Assembly (NCBI RefSeq): GCF_000023965.1
Contig: NC_013202.1
Location: forward strand, 1,740,001 to 1,772,000
DNA length: 32,000 bases
Direction: 5' to 3'
Source: Halomicrobium mukohataei DSM 12286
GTDB taxonomy: Archaea > Halobacteriota > Halobacteria > Halobacteriales > Haloarculaceae
Shown here: piece by piece, positions 27,534 to 32,000 of the stretch
How the letters are laid out: each line of letters begins with the position of its first letter
How positions within the stretch are numbered: the stretch's first letter is position 1
Program-made: the position numbers and the translations under genes
Notes under the pieces: generated by a model
The model's input: the letters and a program-made list of their open reading frames with translations, nothing else
Told to the model about the DNA's origin: nothing
Database searches by the model: none

Positions 27534-28375
27534 TCGCCGTCGCTCTCCCCGCTCGATCGTTCGGCGGATTCGCTCGCCCCGCCTCGCGGGTCACTTCGTT
27601 CCCCGCTCGGTCGGCCTGCGGGTGAGCTCTCGATCGAGAGCTCACCCGCACGCACGTCGCTCGCGACGTGGACCAGTTCGTTCGCCAGCCCCGCCGCCAG
27701 GCCGCTGCCACCGCGTCGGCCGACGTTGGTGATCGTCGGGACGCCGTGCTCGGCGGCCACCTCCCGCAGGCGCGTGCGGCTCTCCGCGGCCTTGACGAAG
27801 CCCACGGGCGTCGCGACGACGACGGCGGGTCGAGTGCCGTCCTCGATGCAGTCGGCCAGCGCCAGCGCGGCGGTCGGGGCGTTGCCGACGACGGTGATCG
27901 CGTCCTCGTAGACGCCCTCGCTGTCGAGTTCGAGCACCGAGGCGGCGGTTCTGGTCATCCCGGTCTCGGCCGCCAGTTCGGCCCCGTTGCCGATCGCCTT
28001 CCGAACCGGGCAGTCGTGCCCGCGTCCGGTGATTCCCTCCTTGACCATCGTGATGTCGGTGACGATCGGTCGCTCGTCGAGGACCGCTCGCGCGCCTGCA
28101 CGGACGGGTTCGGAGTCGTCGGTGCCCGTGAACCGCATCAGGTGCTGAAACTCGGGGTCGCCGGTGGCGTGGACCGACTTCTGTCGGATCCGATCCGCCA
28201 GGGTCTCGTCCGGCACGATCTCGCGCACGCGGTCCATGCTCGTCTCGGCGATCTCCATCGCGTTCTCGGTGGTCGCGCCGAGGTCGGCGTACTCCTCGAA
28301 GGCGTCGCGCTCCTCGTCGGCGGCTGGGTCGCCCTCGTCTCGCGACTCCTCCGGCGTCGCGCCGTCAGTCGTCAT
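27530..28375 (-). CDS. cbiC: Cobalt-precorrin-8 methylmutase (CbiC/CobH) with low-complexity N- and C-terminal extensions
   Basis: Core motifs IVTDITMV, VVGNAPTAALAL and VVATPVGFVKAAESR. I prefer the start MTTDGAT (ATG 28375, 11-nt overlap with the cobN stop). The longest ORF starts at 28411. Confidence 0.85.
   Translation of the reverse strand: MTTDGATPEESRDEGDPAADEERDAFEEYADLGATTENAMEIAETSMDRVREIVPDETLADRIRQKSVHATGDPEFQHLMRFTGTDDSEPVRAGARAVLDERPIVTDITMVKEGITGRGHDCPVRKAIGNGAELAAETGMTRTAASVLELDSEGVYEDAITVVGNAPTAALALADCIEDGTRPAVVVATPVGFVKAAESRTRLREVAAEHGVPTITNVGRRGGSGLAAGLANELVHVASDVRAGELSIESSPAGRPSGERSDPRGGASESAERSSGESDGE
27617..27650. repeat. Perfect 34-bp palindrome inside the cbiC 3' extension
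   Basis: tgcgggtgagctctcga|tcgagagctcacccgca. I verified base by base that the second half is the reverse complement of the first. A second palindrome, cacgtcgc-tc-gcgacgtg, lies at 27653-27670. Confidence 0.95.
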
Positions 28376-31300
28376 CGCCGGGCACCTCCTGGCCGGCTTC
28401 GCCGCCGGCACGCGCTTCGATGTCGCCGTCGACCCGCAGATTCAGATCGCGGAGTCGATCGGCCGTCTCGTCGTCGGCGTCCCAGAGGTCGCGGTCGATC
28501 GCCTCCAGTAGCGTGTCGGTGATACTCTCCAGTGCCCACGGGTTCACGTCCCGGAGCCACTCCTGTCGCTCCTCGTCGAAGGCGTACTGCTCGGCCACGT
28601 CGTCCCAGAGGCGGTCGCTGACGACGCCCGTCGTCGCGTCCCAGCCCAGCACCACGTCGACCGTCGTCGAGAGGTCGCCGGCTCCCTTGTAGTCGTGCTC
28701 TTCCATGCTGTCGAGCCACTCGGGGTTGAGCACGCGGGCTCGCATGGCCTTGCGGACCTTCTCCTCGTTGGTGTAGACGGAGACGTTGTCCGGATCGCTG
28801 GAGTCGCCGACGTACGACGCGGGCTCCTCGCCCGCGATCTCGGAGACGGCGGTGATGAAGCCGCCGTGGAAGGCGTACCAGTCGGAGCTGTCGAACTCGT
28901 CTTGCTCGGCCGTGTCTTCGATCTTCACCGTGGCGTCGACGCTTCCCAGACGACGCTCGAAGGAGGCGTGGGCTTCCGTCGTCGTCCCGCGACTGCCCAG
29001 CGCGTACCCGCCCCACTGGACGTACACGTCCGCGAGGTCCGAGCGGTCCTCCCAGTTGCCCTCGTCGACGGCCTTGTTCGTCCCCGCGCCGTAGCCGCCG
29101 GGGCGGGTCGTGAACACGCGGTGTTTCGCCTGCTTCTCCGGGTTCTCGACGCCCTGCTCGTCGAGTTCCTCGGTGGCTTCCTCGACGTGTTTCTTGACGT
29201 AGTTCGACTCGTGTGGCTCGTCCAGTTCGACCACGGCGTCGACGGCGTCGTGGATCACGCTCGCGGCCTGCGGGAACGCGTCGCGGAACAGTCCAGAGAC
29301 CCGCGTCGTCACGTCGACGCGCGGTCGTCCGAGCTCGTCCAGCGGGATCGGTTCCACGTCGTCGATTCGACCGGCGTCGGTCCAGCGCGGTTCGACGCCC
29401 AGCAGCGCGAGCACCTGCGCGATCGTCTCGCCTCGGGTTCTGACGGTCGGCGTCCCCCACGCGACGACGCCGATCTCCTCGGGGTACTCGTCGTGTTCGT
29501 CGTGGTGGCGCGCGAGCGTCTGCTCTGCGACCTCGCTGCCGACCTGCCAGGCGCTCTTTGCGGGCACTTTGCGCGGATCGAGCGTGTAGAAGTTCCGGCC
29601 CGTCGGCAGCAGATCGACGCCGCCCCGAGTCGGCGCGCCACTGCCACCCGGCGGGACGTACTCGCCGGCCAGCGCGTCCGCGGTTCGGGGAATCTCCTCG
29701 GCGGCACCTTGCACGCGGGGCTGGACCTCTTCGCAGACGAACGCCAGTGCCGCCCGCAGGTCGTCGTGTGCGCCCGACTTCGCCCGGGCGTCGCCGAGCG
29801 GGTCGATGTCGACCACGAGGAGGTTCATGTTCAGTTCCTCGTCGGGACCCGCTTCGACGTTCGACTCCGGGAGGTCGAACTCGTGTTCGGCGAGGGTCTC
29901 CACGAGGTCGATGCTCGTCTCGTACACCTCGTCTGCCGCTTCCGACAGCGTCGTCCCCAGCTGTTCGTCGTAGACGCCGGGCTCGTCGAGCATCCGCTGG
30001 TAGTCGACGCCCAGCACGCCAGCGACGCTCTCACGGAGGCTCGGGCCGCCGGGGTTCTCCAGCCGAGTGAGCGCGACGAGGTACTCGACGAGGCGGTCGT
30101 CGGTCGGCGGCTCGCCCATCGTGTGCAGGCCCATCCGGATCTGGGTCGTCTTCACGTCCGTGAGGTACTCGTGGACGCGCTCGACCAGCTCGTCGATGTC
30201 GACGGCGTCCCCGTCGACCGCTCCTTCGGCGAGCGAGGTCCCTGCTTCGTCGGGACCCCGCACGTCGGCTTTCTCGTCAACTGTCCCCGTAATACCGAGT
30301 TCCACCGCGAGGTCCAGTTCGTCGACCTTCTCGCGCAACAGTGTTTCGAGGTGCTCGCCGTCGTCGGCGCGGGCGTCTTCCATGCCTGCCTCGCGGTACT
30401 GGTCGGCCAGTTCCTCCAGTTCCGCCAGTTCGTCGTAGGTGCCGGCGTTGCTCATGACCGGCGTGAGGTAGTCTACGACGGCGGCGTAGGAGCGGCGCTT
30501 TGCCTGTGTTCCCTCGCCGGGGTTGTTGACGATGTAGGGGTAGACGTTCGGGATGTCGTCGATCAGCTGGTCTGGGGCGCTCGCGCCGTTCAGGCCGACG
30601 GTCTTGCCCGGCAGCCACTCCAGGCTGCCGTGGGTGCCGAGGTGGACGACGGCGTCGGCCTCGAACGCCTCGCGCAGCCAGCTGTAGAAGGCCACGTAGT
30701 CGTGGGGCGGCTGGAGATCCGAGTCGTGGTACACCTTCGCGGGATCCATGCCGAAGCCACGCGGCGGCTGGACCGTCACGAGGACGTTTCCGAACTCGAC
30801 GCCGGGGATGGCGAAGGGTCGGTCCGGTGGGTCGCCCCACTCCTCGCGAACGGCGTCCCGAAACCGCTCGTCGGTCTCGGCGAAGTAGTCGTCGTACTCG
30901 TCGGTCGACACCACGTCGACGCTCAGCTCTCGCACGTCTTCGGGCGCGACCCAGCGGTCGTCGAGCGTGAGTTGCTGTGTGAGCCGCTCGACGAGCGCCT
31001 GACCGCTGTCGGGCATCGTCGTCCCCGTGTCGTACCCGCGCTCGTCGAGTTCGTCGAGCAGATTGACCGTGCTCTCGGGGCTGTCGAGGCCGAACGCGGT
31101 GCCGATGCCGTCGTCGCTGGGCGGGTAGTTGTGGAGGACGACGGCGACTCGCTTGTCCTCGTTTGGCGTGTGTCGCAGGCGCGCCCAGTTGACCGCCAGC
31201 CGCGCGACGTGGTCGACCCGGTCGTCGATCGGGAAGTGTTGCTTGGGCGCGGTGCCGATGCCGGCCTCGTCGTCGGTGCGTTCCTTGCCGCTGATCGGGT

Positions 31301-32000
31301 GCGTGACGACGTTGCCGTCGAACTCCGGCAGCGCGACCGAGAGGGCGAGTTCGAAGCCCATCACGCCGGTGTCGCTGCTCTCGTACCGGGACCGGGAGCG
31401 CATCGTCGTCACGGTCTGGAGCACCGGAACGCCCAGCCTGTCGAGGAACACGGCCTGGGCGTCGTCGCCCTCGTCGTCGGCGTCCCGGCCCCGCTCGTCC
31501 ATCGACAGCGAGAACATGAACGACGAGCAGACGGCGTCGACGACCGGATCGCCTGCGGGCCGGGCGCTGGGACCGTCCTCGCTGGCGAGGAGCCACTCCT
31601 CGGTCACGCGCTCTGCGTCCCACTGTTCGTCGGTGTCGGTCGCCGGGTTGCAGAAGATCGGCAGGGCGTCGGCCCCCTGTGCCTCGATCGCCCTGACCTG
31701 TGCGTCGACGTAGCGGGTGTTCTCGTGTGTCCAGTGGGACTCGTAGAACCACACGGCGACGGTCGGGCGGTCGGCGTCGAACGTCGCGACGAGTTCGGCG
31801 TACGACGCGCCCGGATGGTCCGGGTGGTAGACGCCCTCCGTCGGGAGGTCCACCGGATCGTCGTACGGGCGATCGACGCCGCCGTACTCGTCGACGAGAA
31901 AGCGGATGCAGTTGGCGACGTTGCTGGTGCCGCCCCGTTCGAGGTAGTCGTACACTCGGTCGCGGTCCGTCGCTGGGACGGACGTGTCCTCGATCGCGTA
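28365..32000 (-). CDS. cobN: Cobaltochelatase subunit CobN (N-terminus outside the window)
   Basis: More than 1200 aa of CobN/Mg-chelatase H family sequence. The reading frame stays open from the GTG at 31955 up to base 32000 (YAIEDTSVPATDRDR-VYDYLE...), so the gene is 5'-truncated by the window edge. Stop TGA at 28365-28367. Confidence 0.93.
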   Translation of the reverse strand, partial: YAIEDTSVPATDRDRVYDYLERGGTSNVANCIRFLVDEYGGVDRPYDDPVDLPTEGVYHPDHPGASYAELVATFDADRPTVAVWFYESHWTHENTRYVDAQVRAIEAQGADALPIFCNPATDTDEQWDAERVTEEWLLASEDGPSARPAGDPVVDAVCSSFMFSLSMDERGRDADDEGDDAQAVFLDRLGVPVLQTVTTMRSRSRYESSDTGVMGFELALSVALPEFDGNVVTHPISGKERTDDEAGIGTAPKQHFPIDDRVDHVARLAVNWARLRHTPNEDKRVAVVLHNYPPSDDGIGTAFGLDSPESTVNLLDELDERGYDTGTTMPDSGQALVERLTQQLTLDDRWVAPEDVRELSVDVVSTDEYDDYFAETDERFRDAVREEWGDPPDRPFAIPGVEFGNVLVTVQPPRGFGMDPAKVYHDSDLQPPHDYVAFYSWLREAFEADAVVHLGTHGSLEWLPGKTVGLNGASAPDQLIDDIPNVYPYIVNNPGEGTQAKRRSYAAVVDYLTPVMSNAGTYDELAELEELADQYREAGMEDARADDGEHLETLLREKVDELDLAVELGITGTVDEKADVRGPDEAGTSLAEGAVDGDAVDIDELVERVHEYLTDVKTTQIRMGLHTMGEPPTDDRLVEYLVALTRLENPGGPSLRESVAGVLGVDYQRMLDEPGVYDEQLGTTLSEAADEVYETSIDLVETLAEHEFDLPESNVEAGPDEELNMNLLVVDIDPLGDARAKSGAHDDLRAALAFVCEEVQPRVQGAAEEIPRTADALAGEYVPPGGSGAPTRGGVDLLPTGRNFYTLDPRKVPAKSAWQVGSEVAEQTLARHHDEHDEYPEEIGVVAWGTPTVRTRGETIAQVLALLGVEPRWTDAGRIDDVEPIPLDELGRPRVDVTTRVSGLFRDAFPQAASVIHDAVDAVVELDEPHESNYVKKHVEEATEELDEQGVENPEKQAKHRVFTTRPGGYGAGTNKAVDEGNWEDRSDLADVYVQWGGYALGSRGTTTEAHASFERRLGSVDATVKIEDTAEQDEFDSSDWYAFHGGFITAVSEIAGEEPASYVGDSSDPDNVSVYTNEEKVRKAMRARVLNPEWLDSMEEHDYKGAGDLSTTVDVVLGWDATTGVVSDRLWDDVAEQYAFDEERQEWLRDVNPWALESITDTLLEAIDRDLWDADDETADRLRDLNLRVDGDIEARAGGEAGQEVPGDDD

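Noticed and set aside
1-32000. Mobile elements, integrases, toxin-antitoxin pairs and defence islands
   Set aside because: No transposase, integrase, Cas, restriction-modification or toxin-like motif appeared in any convincing ORF. The window is dominated by core housekeeping operons.

Overview
High-GC (about 65%) sequence encoding very acidic proteins, so almost certainly a haloarchaeal (class Halobacteria) chromosome. From left to right the window holds seven blocks.

1. The 3' end of a response-regulator/HalX-type gene.
2. A four-gene CUT1-type sugar ABC importer on the minus strand.
3. A DUF4013-like membrane protein.
4. A short decayed-looking spacer ending in tRNA-Gly(GCC), plus a small membrane-protein gene.
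5. The complete archaeal S10-spc-secY ribosomal super-operon on the plus strand, about 14.4 kb. It runs from a SPOUT methyltransferase gene through rpl3 to rpl15 and secY. It includes rnp1 and a 57-codon rps14 that is absent from the supplied ORF track.
6. Two small non-ribosomal genes.
7. A cobalamin biosynthesis cluster: cobQ, cbiA, cbiX, cbiE, cbiC and a 5'-truncated cobN.

Nearly all long ORFs on the opposite strand or in other frames are GC-bias artefacts. I see no CRISPR array, transposase, integrase or recognisable defence system, and no convincing new multi-gene system.

The points worth a second look are small-scale:
- a 40-codon ORF that exactly fills the only real gap in the ribosomal operon, with ATGA overlaps at both ends;
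- a perfect 34-bp palindrome inside the cbiC 3' extension;
- an 82-nt nested hairpin between the convergent cbiX and cbiE genes;
- a duplicated tRNA-Gly 3' fragment;
- an unusually long GC-rich divergent spacer in the cobalamin cluster;
- a tandem-domain CbiX with non-canonical motif residues.
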